Shown piece after piece: positions 10,697-20,688 of a stretch of DNA of 64,000 bases. The stretch spans positions 1,152,001 through 1,216,000 of the forward strand of contig CAWJQU010000005.1 in assembly GCA_963845145.1 (NCBI GenBank). Direction: 5' to 3'. Numbering within the stretch: position 1 is the first letter of the stretch; each line of letters begins with the position of its first letter. The position numbers and the translations under genes are program-made. Source of the stretch: an uncultured delta proteobacterium (GTDB lineage Bacteria; Desulfobacterota; Desulfobacteria; Desulfobacterales; QNYZ01). The notes beneath the pieces were generated by a model. The model was not told the DNA's origin and ran no database searches. It saw only the letters and a program-made list of their open reading frames with translations.

Positions 10697-11329
10697 ATGA
10701 AAAAAGCGGATGCATATGAGACGATGCGCATGCGTATCGTTACCAATGACGTTGCACCGGGTGAGATTTTCAACGAAAAAGATTTGATGGCCCAGCTGGG
10801 TATCGGCCGGTCGCCATTGCGTGAAGTTCTCTTCCGGTTGCAGGAAGAAAGCTTAATCAAACCGTTACCTCGCCTGGGGTATATGGTAACCACCCTGGAC
10901 ATTTCAGATGTCAGGGAGCTGGTGGAACTGCGCCGGGAGCTGGAGGGTTTTGCCGGCTATCTTGCCGCCCAGCGTATCACCTCCGAGCAATTGGAAGCGT
11001 TGGGTGCCATCATTGGTGAAGCTGAAATAAACGCTCCGGAAAAACAAGAATTCACCAGCATCGCCGAATATTATGACACCCGTTTCCACGACCTGCTCTA
11101 TCAGGCCGCTGGAAACCAGAACCTCACCAAAGTGCTTCAGGATTTACACATCAAAATGCTCCGAATCTGGTTTCACGTCGGCTTGGATGCCATCGGGTTT
11201 TCCCGGGAAGCTCAAAACTTTTACACTGTTTTGGAAGCCCTGGAGAAAGGGGATCCCAAAGGTGCGCGCCAGGCCATGGAGACCCATGTGGATTTGCACT
11301 CCGCCAAAATCAAAGACAAATTTTTATAG
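10697..11329 (+). CDS. GntR (FadR/FCD) family transcriptional regulator, divergent from the methyltransferase operon
   Basis: LGIGRSPLREVL wHTH; ELRRELEG and DTRFH FCD motifs. Confidence 0.92.
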   Translation: MKKADAYETMRMRIVTNDVAPGEIFNEKDLMAQLGIGRSPLREVLFRLQEESLIKPLPRLGYMVTTLDISDVRELVELRRELEGFAGYLAAQRITSEQLEALGAIIGEAEINAPEKQEFTSIAEYYDTRFHDLLYQAAGNQNLTKVLQDLHIKMLRIWFHVGLDAIGFSREAQNFYTVLEALEKGDPKGARQAMETHVDLHSAKIKDKFL

Positions 11330-11417
11330 CAAGTTGTAACGAGAAGATTCGTGAAACCAGCCAACATATACCAATATGGTTATCGCGCTGGTGCCCCAAC
11401 GGCAGGAGAAGCAACGC

Positions 11418-12293
11418 ATGCGTAAGGTGATCTGGGGTGCGCCCTCTTTCTGGATCGAACGGTTTCCCCTTTACTGGGGAATCGATCAGGGGTTTTTTAC
11501 AACCCAGGGAATCGACCTTGAAATCTGGTACTCGTACGGCGGGCCGGAACTGGCCCAAGCAGCCACAGAGGGCAAAATTCTTATCGGCGAAATGGGATTG
11601 CCTCCCTTCTTGACAGCTTATCAGCAGGGTTTACAGGCCAGAATCATTGGCAGCAGTGTTATTCAACAGCTGGATCACTATCTGGCCGCCCGCCCGGATT
11701 TGGAAACGATCACCGCATTGAAAGGGTGTCGCATCGGGATGTTGTCCGCCGGCAGTTGCGACGATTACTTCATTCGTAAGATGCTTTCGGCCAACGGCCT
11801 TAATCCGGAGAAGGATGTTAATCTGGTGCCGCTGGGTGACAGCTATGGCAAGCTATCTTTGTTTTCAAAAGGACAAATAGAGGCTGCCTTTGTGGTGGAG
11901 CCCCAGCTTTCCCGAGGGGAGAATGAAGGCTTGCTCAAAGTGATCGGGCGGGTGGGCGATTACTATCCCCGTTACCAATGGGGTATCATTTTTGCCAGTA
12001 CGATATGGTTGCAACAAGAAAACGACCTGCTCATGCGATTGATGCATGCTTTTCGGAAAGCGTGCCGTTCCATTCGGGATAATCCCGATGCAACCCTTTC
12101 TTTAGGTAGTAACGTTTATGGAATGACACCCGATATTTTCAAACGCGCCCTGTTACGGGACTTGCCTCGTTGGGAGGTCGATATCCGCCTTGATTGGGTC
12201 GGGCTTCAAAATGCCCTTGACGTGCAGAAAACCCTGGGAGTGCCGACATCGACCCTTTCACTAAATGAGATGGTTCAACAATTAGAATTTTGA
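11418..12293 (+). CDS. SsuA/THI5(NMT1)-like substrate-binding-fold protein, no evident signal peptide
   Basis: GIDQGFF..QGIDLE, LKGCRIG, GLNPEKDVNLV, IEAAFVVEP. Confidence 0.78.
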   Translation: MRKVIWGAPSFWIERFPLYWGIDQGFFTTQGIDLEIWYSYGGPELAQAATEGKILIGEMGLPPFLTAYQQGLQARIIGSSVIQQLDHYLAARPDLETITALKGCRIGMLSAGSCDDYFIRKMLSANGLNPEKDVNLVPLGDSYGKLSLFSKGQIEAAFVVEPQLSRGENEGLLKVIGRVGDYYPRYQWGIIFASTIWLQQENDLLMRLMHAFRKACRSIRDNPDATLSLGSNVYGMTPDIFKRALLRDLPRWEVDIRLDWVGLQNALDVQKTLGVPTSTLSLNEMVQQLEF

Positions 12294-12295
12294 GT

Positions 12296-12370
12296 TAGCC
12301 TGGGTTTTGAGTAGCCTGGATTTTGATTTAACCTGAATTTTATTTAATCTGGATTATGAGCCTGGATCAA
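12296..12370. repeat. Degenerate ~16-bp tandem repeat (4-5 units) between convergent genes
   Basis: tagcctgggttttgag / tagcctggattttgat / ttaacctgaattttat / ttaatctggattatga / gcctggatcaa. Confidence 0.75.
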
Positions 12371-13618
12371 GAGTGCCTTGCTTCACCGTGAGCAGAGTCT
12401 CCAAAAACGATCCGCCCGGCCTGTACAACCATCCGTACCTTGGACAGAGCGGAAATATCTTGGGTAGGGTCTCCGTCAACGATAACCAGGTCTGCCTGTT
12501 TTCCTGTTTGTATCGAACCCATATCCTTATCCTTACCAGCAGCCCGGGCGGCGACAATCGTGGCCGCGGCGAGGGCCTGCCAGCAGGTCATGCCACCGGC
12601 TACCATGGCGTCCAGTTCTTGCCAGAAACATCCGAATTCCGTGTATGGTAACCCGGCATCATTGCCCGCCACCACAGGTACACCCGCCGCTAGGCAAGCC
12701 TCGCAGGGTCTCAAATTTCACATCGATGATGCCGGGCAGGCGCGCCAGATGGGCTTGCTCGGACGCATCCAATGTCGCATGTGCCCGTTTTTTCTTTAGG
12801 TGAGCCAATGCGTCCCGGTACAATTGAATGGTGGGGGTTACAAATATACCGGCCCGGGCCAGGGAATCGGCCAGTTTGGTATCAAAATTAAGGGTGCCGT
12901 CGGGCTGTTCGAAACAGGCGTGTTCGATGTGATCCACGCCAGCCACCAGGGCATTTATAATGCCCGGCGTACCGCGACAATGAACAGCGACCGATCGGTC
13001 CGCTGCGTGAGCGACGTCAACCGCGGTTTTCAGCTGGTCAACGCTGTAGGAGGCACGGTCCGGGTGGGTGTTCGGTGTGCCCCCACCGGTACCGATAAGC
13101 TTGATGAAATCGGCACCGGCATCGATATGCCGGCCGACCATTCGGACGATTTCGTCCGGACTTTCCGCCACGCCGCCGAGAAAATGGGCATGACCATTGG
13201 TTATGGTCAGGGGGGGACCGCATAAAATCAAGCGGGAGCCGTCCAGAATACCCCGCTCCATGGCCTCTCGCAATGAAAACAAAACACCGTTTTGATCGCC
13301 ACAGTCCCGGATCGTGGTCACACCGCTTTGTTGTTCTCTGGCCACATTTCGAACGGCGGTGAGAAGGGCCATCTCGTCAGACTGCTCAAAGTAGAACGGT
13401 TGGCCACCCGAGGGTACACACAGGTGGGCATGGCTGTTGATCAATCCCGGCAAGAGGGTTTGTTGCGGGAATGAAAAAACATCGGTATCCGGCGGAAGGG
13501 GCGGCAGATCCGCCGGGGTGCCCCAGGATCGAATCTTTTCCCCGGAGACCAGCACACACCCGTCACGAAGAACCCGGCCTTTTTCCACATCCAAAAGCGC
13601 GGCGGCCTTAAAGAGCAT
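12367..13618 (-). pseudogene. Metal-dependent amidohydrolase (Xaa-Pro dipeptidase-like) split by one frameshift near 12700
   Basis: PGLINSHAH, GVTTIRDCG, GADFIK, VAVHC, IEHA in 12659..13618; VVAGNDAG and GKQADLVIVDGDP in 12367..12714; one extra base at ...CTG CGA g GCT TGC. Confidence 0.82.
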
Positions 13619-13634
13619 CGGCTTCTCCCTATTT

Positions 13635-13686
13635 GTCCAGATTTTTTGCAGTCGGATTTTATGCTGTCAGGATTTATTTTGTCAGG
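13635..13686. repeat. Degenerate ~15-bp tandem repeat at permease stop codon
   Basis: gtccagattttttgca / gtcggattttatgct / gtcaggatttatttt / gtcagg. Confidence 0.55.
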
Positions 13687-14566
13687 CCTCGCTCCGTGCC
13701 AGGCGGCGTTCCAGCCACTGTACACAAAAGGAGAGCGTCAGGCACATAACCAGATACATGGCCGTAATGGTGAGCCACACTTCGATAGTGACATGGGTGG
13801 CGGACATGATCTGCATGCCCTGAAAGGTCAGTTCCTGAATTGAAATTATGGATACGATGGCCGAGTATTTAATCGTATTGATGAATTCGTTGGCTAAAGG
13901 TGGCAGCACCCGTTTGAGGGCCTGAGGCATGATAATATCCCGCATCTGCTGTCCCCAGGAAAGCCCCAGGGCATAGGATGCTTCGGTCTGGCCTTTTTCA
14001 ATGGATTGAATTCCGGCGCGAACGATCTCGGTGATATAGGCCCCTTGAAAGACCGCCACCGTGACCACGCCCGAAATAAAGGCCGTAAACAGATCCGGCG
14101 TGGAGAAGAAAAAGGCAAGGACTTTTTGAGTGGTGGGCCCCCGGCTGCGGATAAATTCTTCTACGCCCAAAATGGGCATAATTTGGGCGCTGACAAAGAA
14201 ATAAAAGATAAAAATCAGTACCAGGGGCGGGACGTTTCGGATCAACTCCACATAAGTGCGCCCGACCAGGCGGTTGAACAAACGCGGTGTGGTGCGAAGG
14301 ATGCCCGTAATGACCCCAAAAATTGCAGCCAGCAGCGTCGCCCAAATGCTCAGGCGGATCGTGGTTAACAACCCCTGTATCAATATGTTGGCCTTCCAGC
14401 GTCCCTCGGCATCATCAAAATACCATAGGTACTGGGGAACAATCGCCCAATTCCATTTGTAGTTCAACTTAATGGTCAGCCGGTAAACGATGAAGGCCGC
14501 CAGAACCAGAAGCAGTGCGGTAATCACTACATCCAGTTTGGTGATACGTGTTTTTCGCTGGTACAA
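13682..14566 (-). CDS. Polar amino-acid ABC transporter permease
   Basis: YVELIRNVPPLV; AYITEIVRAGIQSIEKGQTEA. Confidence 0.95.
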   Translation of the reverse strand: MYQRKTRITKLDVVITALLLVLAAFIVYRLTIKLNYKWNWAIVPQYLWYFDDAEGRWKANILIQGLLTTIRLSIWATLLAAIFGVITGILRTTPRLFNRLVGRTYVELIRNVPPLVLIFIFYFFVSAQIMPILGVEEFIRSRGPTTQKVLAFFFSTPDLFTAFISGVVTVAVFQGAYITEIVRAGIQSIEKGQTEASYALGLSWGQQMRDIIMPQALKRVLPPLANEFINTIKYSAIVSIISIQELTFQGMQIMSATHVTIEVWLTITAMYLVMCLTLSFCVQWLERRLARSEA

Positions 14567-14581
14567 AAACGGTCCCCTATC

Positions 14582-14636
14582 TTATCTCAATATAGCCAAT
14601 CTCAATAAAGAGTATCCCAATAAGGTTATCCCAAAT
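14582..14636. repeat. Degenerate 14-15-bp-period repeat (ATCYCAATA, four copies)
   Basis: Cores at 14584, 14599, 14614 and 14628. Confidence 0.55.
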
Positions 14637-14656
14637 TTGGGCGGCTATGATTTCAA

Positions 14657-14688
14657 GTCGGCAGCCACCCCGAAAAGCAGCTACCGAC
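14657..14688 (-). terminator. Intergenic stem-loop after the SBP gene (mRNA stabiliser or partial terminator)
   Basis: GUCGGUAGCUGC-UUUUCGGG-GUGGCUGCCGAC, 12 bp with GU pairs; no U-tract. Confidence 0.5.
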
Positions 14689-14716
14689 CGGATACGGTTA
14701 TCTTGCTATGACAGGG

Positions 14717-15538
14717 TTATTCTACCAGATCGGCCCAGTCGCGGGTGCCGAACCAATATTGATGTTTATCCTGGAGCCAACCCTGGTCACGTTTGGTCTG
14801 AATCCATCCGTTAAAAAATACCAGTGTGTCAAAGTCGCCTTTACGCAGGGCAAACCCGATGGGTTCCTTGGTAAAGTTCTCCTTAATAGGCAAAAAAAGC
14901 GTCTCTTTATATTTAATCGCTTCATACGCCGGCCGGGGAGCCGATCCTACTACAGCGTGGACCTTGCCGTTACGCAGTTCCTGGTAAGTCTGGGATTGGT
15001 CCTCAAAAAGGCGCAGTTTGGCTTTGGGCATGAATTTTTTTGCCGCCATCACCCCGGTTGTACCCAGCCTGACGGCCAATTCAACTTCCGGTTTATTGAA
15101 ATCGTCAAGGGAGTCGAACCCTGCCGCTTTTTCTTTATTGGCGACAATGGACATGCCCGAGTAGTCATAGGGAATGGTAAAATTAACCTTCATGGCCCTT
15201 TTTGTACGGATTCCCATACCACCGATAATCACATCGAACTTGCCGGTTAAAAGCGCCGGAATGATACCGGCCCACTTGGTGGGAACGAATTCGACTTTGA
15301 CCCCCATGTCTTCGGCCAGTTGCTTGGCCACATCGATCTCAAACCCAACCAGTTCGCCGGTTTTACTTTTCATGGCCCAGGGTACGAAGGTATCCATGCC
15401 CACTTTTAATACACCCCGTTTCATGATCTGTTCCAACGTGCTTTCCTGGGTCAGCTTCATTTGAAGCTCACCGGCAGCGGCGATCCCCGTCAGGCAAATT
15501 CCTAACACCAAAAACAATGCGATAATTTTTCGTTTCAT
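14717..15538 (-). CDS. Polar amino-acid ABC transporter substrate-binding protein
   Basis: Signal peptide; GFEIDVAK, WAGIIPALLTGKFD. Confidence 0.95.
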   Translation of the reverse strand: MKRKIIALFLVLGICLTGIAAAGELQMKLTQESTLEQIMKRGVLKVGMDTFVPWAMKSKTGELVGFEIDVAKQLAEDMGVKVEFVPTKWAGIIPALLTGKFDVIIGGMGIRTKRAMKVNFTIPYDYSGMSIVANKEKAAGFDSLDDFNKPEVELAVRLGTTGVMAAKKFMPKAKLRLFEDQSQTYQELRNGKVHAVVGSAPRPAYEAIKYKETLFLPIKENFTKEPIGFALRKGDFDTLVFFNGWIQTKRDQGWLQDKHQYWFGTRDWADLVE

Positions 15539-15691
15539 TTTCTCCTCCATGGTCATACGTTGCGGTTAACAATTAAGGATGCTCAAGAGTACCATGCCCA
15601 CTACCGCCATTCAAGGCGTGACGTCACAGGCAATAATGGGTATACACGCCGGTAACCGGTCCTGGCCGGCGCCGCCAACGCTTGAATCCGG

Positions 15692-16444
15692 CTATAGAAT
15701 CTGGCTCAGGAACAGCCGCGTACGATCTTTCTCGGGTGCGGTAAAAAAATGTTCGGCGGTACCCACTTCCACGATTTTTCCGTCTTCCATGAAGATTACC
15801 CGATCGCTGACCTCACGGGCAAATCCCATTTCGTGGGTGACACAAACCATGGTCATCCCTTCGCGGGCCAGATCCTTCATTACATCCAGAACCTCCCCGA
15901 TCATTTCCGGGTCCAGGGCACTCGTGGCCTCGTCAAAGAGCATCACCTTGGGCATCATGGCCAGGGCCCGGGCAATGGCCACCCGTTGCTGTTGCCCCCC
16001 GGACAGTTGATTTGGGTAGTTATTTACTTTTTCATCAATACCCACCTTTTTCAGCAGGTCCATGGACATGGCGCGGGCGTCTTCTTTCGATTTTTTCCTT
16101 ACCCGTCGCTGGGCTAAATTGACATTTTCCAGGACCGTCAAGTGTGGGAAAAGGTTGAACTGCTGGAAGACCATTCCCACTTCTTTCCGGATTTCGAGCC
16201 TGTTTTTTTTGTTTTCGTCCAAAGGTATTCCGTCGATGATAATCGATCCGCTGTCGATCTCCTCCAGCCCGTTTAAGCAACGCAGGAAAGTGGATTTGCC
16301 GGACCCCGAGGGACCGATCACAACAACCACTTCGCCCCGGTGGATTCGGGTATTGAAATCAACCAAGGCCTTAACGTCCCTAACAAAGGTTTTATTTATG
16401 TGTTCGGCAACAATGATGTAATCCCCCACATCCTTTATGGGCAT
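15692..16444 (-). CDS. Polar amino-acid ABC transporter ATPase (GlnQ-like)
   Basis: [32 protein letters not shown]. Confidence 0.96.
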   Translation of the reverse strand: MPIKDVGDYIIVAEHINKTFVRDVKALVDFNTRIHRGEVVVVIGPSGSGKSTFLRCLNGLEEIDSGSIIIDGIPLDENKKNRLEIRKEVGMVFQQFNLFPHLTVLENVNLAQRRVRKKSKEDARAMSMDLLKKVGIDEKVNNYPNQLSGGQQQRVAIARALAMMPKVMLFDEATSALDPEMIGEVLDVMKDLAREGMTMVCVTHEMGFAREVSDRVIFMEDGKIVEVGTAEHFFTAPEKDRTRLFLSQIL

Positions 16445-16467
16445 CCGGAATCTCCTTTATTTCCGAC

Positions 16468-17289
16468 TCAACGAACCACCTTAAAACGGTGTTCCATGTA
16501 GCTAACAATGATAGAAAGGGTGACGGTAACCACAAGGTACATTCCGGCCACGGTAAACCACAATTCAAATGTGAGAAAGGTTTCGGCAATGACGGCCTGG
16601 GCTTGCATGGTCAGATCGTAAATAGCAATGGTGCTAACCAACGCTGAATCTTTGACCAACGAGATTGCCTGGCTGGTCAACGGCGGCAATATCCTTCGAA
16701 GGGCCTGGGGCAGAATAATGGAATAGTAGGTATCAAAAGAATTTAGGCCCAAACTATACGCCGCTTCCCACTGCCCCCGGCGAATGGACACAATTCCCGC
16801 CCTGAAAATTTCCGAAGCATAGGCCCCTTCAAACAGGCTCAAAGCCATAATGGCCGACGCCATACGACTGATACCCAGAACCGGGCCCAGGACAAAATAG
16901 ATGAAAAACAGCTGTATCAACAACGGCGTATTGCGGACGCTCTCCAGGTAGACCCTGGCGATGATTTGAGCCACGAAGGAGTTGGAAAGCCGAAAAAGGG
17001 CCGTGGCCAATCCAATTATAAAGGCCAGAATGAGACTAATCCCCGAGATGCGAAAGGTCACCATTAACCCGTCCCACAAGGGGCCGGCAGTAAACCCGGC
17101 GTCATCATGGGTGAAGATATACTTAGGAATCTGATACCATTGCCAGTTGTACCCCAGTTTTTCGGTACCCGTGGAAAAAAACCAGAGGATGCCGATGATG
17201 AGAATGGCGAACTGGGCAATATCGAAAAGGGCGGACCGGTGAATTTTTTGCCATAGCGTTTTTCTTTGGATTTGTGAAACAGCGTTCAT
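16468..17289 (-). CDS. Polar amino-acid ABC transporter permease
   Basis: RNTPLLIQ; AYASEIFRAGI...GQWEAA; start uncertain (17289 or 17340). Confidence 0.93.
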   Translation of the reverse strand: MNAVSQIQRKTLWQKIHRSALFDIAQFAILIIGILWFFSTGTEKLGYNWQWYQIPKYIFTHDDAGFTAGPLWDGLMVTFRISGISLILAFIIGLATALFRLSNSFVAQIIARVYLESVRNTPLLIQLFFIYFVLGPVLGISRMASAIMALSLFEGAYASEIFRAGIVSIRRGQWEAAYSLGLNSFDTYYSIILPQALRRILPPLTSQAISLVKDSALVSTIAIYDLTMQAQAVIAETFLTFELWFTVAGMYLVVTVTLSIIVSYMEHRFKVVR

Positions 17290-17384
17290 ATATTGCCTGT
17301 CGAAATGAGCGGGAGAATCGGAATCGTTGTATATGATCAACCGAAATGAGGGTTACGGTTCCTGCCGGAACACAACCCAACGTT

Positions 17385-17398
17385 AGGGCATATACAAG
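17385..17398 (-). promoter_or_regulatory. Candidate HutC operator upstream of the ABC transporter operon
   Basis: CTTGTATATGCCCT on the - strand resembles the HutC box (TTGTA-N2-TACAA-like palindrome). Confidence 0.5.
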
Positions 17399-17512
17399 AA
17401 GGTTTTAATTACGCGACCGAATTGCAAACTGTCAAGTTTTTAATGGTCGTCCGCCAGGACAATGCATATATCAATTTCGAGACGGCAAGCAACCCGACGA
17501 TGGATGTCTTGG

Positions 17513-17598
17513 GCAGGGGATATCCCTTGTGGTTGCCCGGTGCTTTGATCGCTCAGGCACCTGATAGAGGCGTGGGCACCCACAAGGGGTGCCCCTAC
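17513..17598. repeat. REP-like inverted doublet (GTAG family)
   Basis: gcaggggatatcccttgtggttgccc ... gggcacccacaaggggtgcccctac; near-identical to 32542..32607. Confidence 0.85.
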
Positions 17599-17626
17599 GA
17601 GTGGATTTTACCCTAAAAATTTCTTG

Positions 17627-18364
17627 TCAGTAGGCCAGCATATCGCTGCTTTGCTGTCCCTGTTGCGGGTAAAAACTGTCCTCAAAAGCCAGATCACCAC
17701 GGATGAGATATTCAACCCAGGTCACGGCCTTCTCAAAGGTGTAAGTCGCCCGTTGAATACGAAAGGCCGGGTATCCCTCGTCGACATCGAAAAGCGAGGC
17801 GACCTCCTCGTTTAAACAGACTGCCTCCATCCGCTGCCAGACCTTTGTCAGCGGCAGGTTGTACTTGGAAACCAGAATCTCGTGGATGGAATCTACCTCC
17901 AGGTTTTCCCAAAGAATGCCGCCACAGAGATCGCTGCGTAGATAGCGGACCTCGTAGCGAACCGGTTTGTCGTCAAAATAATGCATGCGGCGGGCGAGAA
18001 TGACTTGCTCCGGATGACCCAGTTTTTCCGCCACCTTCGCCGGTGGCGGCACCGCTCGGAGTTCCAGGACCTCGGAGCGATGCTCCATATCCAGTTCCCG
18101 AGCGTGTTTGCGCGATGGGCGGATCCGGAAATACCCCTGGGAGAATAAACGGTCTTTTACGAAAGTACCTTTGCCGGGCACACGCTTGGCGAATCCCTCT
18201 TTTTCAACCTCTTCCAGGGCTCTGCGGGCGGTCATGCGACTGACATTAAATTTTTGGGCCAGCTGATTTTCCGAAGGGAGTTTGTCGGTAAATCGACCGG
18301 ACATGATTCCCTGCATCAGATGCTTTTTTATATGGATATATTTGGGTGTACGGCGAGTCATCAT
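17627..18364 (-). CDS. hutC: Histidine utilisation repressor (GntR wHTH + UTRA)
   Basis: KLPSENQL..FNVSRMTARRAL..GKGTFV; UTRA domain; divergent from hutU; start approximate. Confidence 0.85.
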   Translation of the reverse strand: MMTRRTPKYIHIKKHLMQGIMSGRFTDKLPSENQLAQKFNVSRMTARRALEEVEKEGFAKRVPGKGTFVKDRLFSQGYFRIRPSRKHARELDMEHRSEVLELRAVPPPAKVAEKLGHPEQVILARRMHYFDDKPVRYEVRYLRSDLCGGILWENLEVDSIHEILVSKYNLPLTKVWQRMEAVCLNEEVASLFDVDEGYPAFRIQRATYTFEKAVTWVEYLIRGDLAFEDSFYPQQGQQSSDMLAY

Positions 18365-18390
18365 ACGCATGCATACCAAATCCGGATCGA

Positions 18391-18404
18391 CTTGTCTATA
18401 CCGG
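18391..18404. promoter_or_regulatory. Candidate HutC operator (autoregulation)
   Basis: CTTGTCTATACCGG just upstream of the hutC start. Confidence 0.5.
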
Positions 18405-18552
18405 TAGAACCAGCCGCTTTGCATCGGTTGGTTCGCCTTTCAGCCCGGAGGCGTATCATTAGCGTATGTGCTTGTATCTTAGTATTTAGGAGATGATCAG
18501 GACCTATTTTTTACTTGACAATAACGATTGGGCTGAACTAATTGTGTGACAA

Positions 18553-18566
18553 GTTGTATATACATG
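18553..18566. promoter_or_regulatory. HutC operator upstream of hutU
   Basis: Palindrome GTTGTATATACATG downstream of TTGACA (18515-18520). Confidence 0.72.
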
Positions 18567-18651
18567 TGGTGACGCTTTCCAAGCGGTCACATTGTAGCGG
18601 TTTTCCGGTTGCCACAGAATATGCCGAGCAATCCAAATCGAGGTATTTGCC

Positions 18652-20688
18652 ATGCTTTCCAACGACTCAATTTCCGGTGCGATGCGCATCCGACTGGATG
18701 AATCGATGCCTAAGATGCCGGCCTTCGTCGAGGGAATCCGCCGGGCTCCGGACCGGGGATTTCGGCTGTCGAAATCACAGACAATCACCGCCCTTCAAAA
18801 TGCATTGAGATATGTACCCGAAGCGCTGCATACCCAACTGGCCCCTGAATTTATGAATGAACTGACAACGCGGGGGAGGATCTATGGCTATCGCTTCAGG
18901 CCCCCGGGGCAGATCAAGGCGGGGAGGATCGACGAATATACCGGCCTTTGCACGGCCGGCAAAGCCTTTCAGGTGATGATCGATAATAATCTGGATTTCG
19001 ACGTCGCCTTGTATCCCTACGAGCTGGTAACCTATGGTGAAACGGGCAGCGTCTGCCAAAACTGGATGCAGTACCGGTTGATAAAAAAGTACCTTGAGAT
19101 CCTGACGGAAAAACAGACCCTGGTGGTCTCTTCGGGACACCCGCTGGGGCTGTTTCCGTCCCATCCGGACAACCCCAGGGTTATCATCACCAACGGCCCC
19201 ATGGTGGGAATGTATGACAACCCCGATGACTGGGAGATCGGCGTGCAAATGGGCGTGACCAGCTACGGCCAGATGACGGCGGGGGGGTGGATGTATATCG
19301 GTCCCCAGGGAATTGTCCACGGCACATACAATACGCTGCTGAATGCCGGTCGGATTCAATACAATCTGGCTGAAGATGCCGATATTCGCGGTCTGCTGTT
19401 CGTCTCTTCGGGATTGGGGGGGATGAGTGGTGCTCAGCCCAAGGCGGCCGACATCGCCGGAGCCGTATCCATTACGGCCGAAGTGGATGATTCACGCATT
19501 AAAACACGTCACGATCAGGGCTGGGTCAACCGGTTTTCCGAGGACCTGGAAACCGTTTTTAATTGGGCCAAAGAAGCGGTCGAAACGAAGACGCCCCGTT
19601 CCATCGCTTTTCACGGCAATATCGTTACCCTTCTGGAGTACGCCATCAAGCACAATGTTAAGATCGATCTTTTGTCCGATCAAACATCCTGCCATGTGGC
19701 CTATGATGGCGGGTATTGTCCCCAGGGCTTGACATTTAAAGAGAGAACCCAACTGCTTTCGACGGATCGGGCGACTTTTCGAAAGTTGGTTGATGAGAGC
19801 CTTCAACGCCATTTTCAAGCAATCAACACACTGGTCCGGCGCGGTACCTATTTTTTCGACTACGGTAATGCGTTCATGAAGGCGGTATTGGATGCCGGCG
19901 TTAAAGAGATTGCCAAAAACGGACGGGATGAACTCGATGGATTTATTTTCCCCTCTTATGTGGAAGATATCATGGGGCCTCATATTTTTGATTACGGATA
20001 CGGCCCCTTCCGATGGATCTGTTTAAGCGGCAGCGCCGATGACCTGGCCAAAACCGACAAAGCCGCCATGGCCTGCATCGATCCCGAACGCCGACCCCAG
20101 GACAGGGACAACTGGATTTGGATTAGAGATGCCCACAAGCATGATCTCGTTGTCGGTACCCAGACGCGTATTCTTTATCAGGATGCCATCGGCCGGACGA
20201 ATATTGCTTTAAAATTCAACCAGATGGTTCGAGATCGTGAGGTAGGACCCATTATGCTGGGCCGGGACCACCACGATACCGGCGGTACCGACTCCCCATT
20301 ACGGGAAACAGCCAACATTAAAGACGGCAGCAACATAACGGCGGATATGGCCCTACAATGCTTTGCCGGTAATGCGGCCCGGGGGATGTCCCTGGTGGCC
20401 CTTCACAATGGCGGTGGTGTGGGAATCGGTAAAGCCGTGAATGGCGGCTTTGGACTGGTTCTTGACGGCAGCGAAAGGGTGGACCGAATTATTCGATCGG
20501 CCATCACTTGGGATGTTATGGGCGGGGTGGCCCGCCGCAATTGGGCCCGCAACGCCAATGCCATGGACGTCGCCGCCGATTTTAACGGGAATAATCCCGA
20601 CGGGGGGCATATTACCCTTCCTTTTATCGCCAACGTCGAAATGATAGAAAATTTGGTGGAAAGCATACAATGGAAAAAATATTCATAG
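18652..20688 (+). CDS. hutU: Urocanate hydratase (long, ~680 aa type)
   Basis: GQMTAGGWMYIGPQGIVHGT, GLGGMSGAQP, SDQTSCH, GRDHHD, HNGGGVG. Confidence 0.97.
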   Translation: MLSNDSISGAMRIRLDESMPKMPAFVEGIRRAPDRGFRLSKSQTITALQNALRYVPEALHTQLAPEFMNELTTRGRIYGYRFRPPGQIKAGRIDEYTGLCTAGKAFQVMIDNNLDFDVALYPYELVTYGETGSVCQNWMQYRLIKKYLEILTEKQTLVVSSGHPLGLFPSHPDNPRVIITNGPMVGMYDNPDDWEIGVQMGVTSYGQMTAGGWMYIGPQGIVHGTYNTLLNAGRIQYNLAEDADIRGLLFVSSGLGGMSGAQPKAADIAGAVSITAEVDDSRIKTRHDQGWVNRFSEDLETVFNWAKEAVETKTPRSIAFHGNIVTLLEYAIKHNVKIDLLSDQTSCHVAYDGGYCPQGLTFKERTQLLSTDRATFRKLVDESLQRHFQAINTLVRRGTYFFDYGNAFMKAVLDAGVKEIAKNGRDELDGFIFPSYVEDIMGPHIFDYGYGPFRWICLSGSADDLAKTDKAAMACIDPERRPQDRDNWIWIRDAHKHDLVVGTQTRILYQDAIGRTNIALKFNQMVRDREVGPIMLGRDHHDTGGTDSPLRETANIKDGSNITADMALQCFAGNAARGMSLVALHNGGGVGIGKAVNGGFGLVLDGSERVDRIIRSAITWDVMGGVARRNWARNANAMDVAADFNGNNPDGGHITLPFIANVEMIENLVESIQWKKYS

